From the human T2T-CHM13v2.0 reference genome, Homo sapiens, in the NCBI RefSeq assembly GCF_009914755.1, contig NC_060927.1: a DNA stretch of 64,000 nt, one strand, 5' to 3'. The position numbers and the translations under genes were made by a program. A model generated the notes under the pieces. The model ran no database searches. It was given only the letters and a program-made list of their open reading frames with translations, and was not told the DNA's origin. The stretch's first letter is position 1. The number at the start of each line of letters is the position of its first letter. Of this stretch, positions 62,994 through 64,000 are shown piece by piece.

Positions 62994-63377
62994 TAAGAGT
63001 TATGGTTGGAAATAGGGAAGCAAGGCATAAAGAGGCCTAACCCAATCTAAAGCATTAGATGACACATGACATAAATCTTGAATAAATAGGAGTTTATCAT
63101 AAACTACATTCAGTGTAGAGAGAGAGCAGCATGAGCTAGGGTGGAGTGTGAGAACACTTGTGACATCAGGGCAACTGCTAGTAGATTAGTATGACTGAAT
63201 AAACGGTGATGGAGAAAGAGATGAGACAGTGTAAGATCATAAGTATTGGGCCTTCTCTGAGAGATCCTGAGGAATGGTCGAAAGAAGGTAAGTGGGGATG
63301 ATCACTATGTTGTATCACTGGCTGCAGTGTGGAGGTTATATTGAAGAGGAAAACAGTGCAAACAGGGAAGCTTATAA

Positions 63378-63703
<326 letters not shown>

Positions 63704-63732
63704 ATAAGCCTCTTTTTTTAAGGTAGGTACTC

Positions 63733-64000
<268 letters not shown>

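Overview
Primate, almost certainly human, repeat-dense genomic DNA; no host protein-coding exon could be identified. The main feature is a full-length 6.03-kb L1HS element (10153-16183, +). It carries Ta-1d diagnostic bases, intact ORF0, ORF1 (338 aa) and ORF2 (1275 aa), and a perfect 14-bp TSD at a TT|AAAA site. It also has several non-consensus substitutions (ORF1 R211G; ORF2 D635Y, A881P, T886R). An older L1PA5/6-like copy (28885-31291) has lost about 3.76 kb internally, fusing ORF1 in frame to the ORF2 C-terminus in an open 329-aa ORF. That copy carries 70 bp of non-L1 5' sequence and sits inside the TSD of an earlier Alu. Also present: a full-length decayed L1PA8-like element holding four Alus, a twin-primed L1 fragment, a U6 pseudogene split by an ERV1 solo LTR, three more ERV1 solo LTRs, a complete THE1 MaLR provirus, about 30 Alus, a 47-bp-arm hairpin and a few candidate non-coding exons. 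Subfamily names and consensus comparisons come from recalled consensus sequences and need RepeatMasker/Dfam confirmation.
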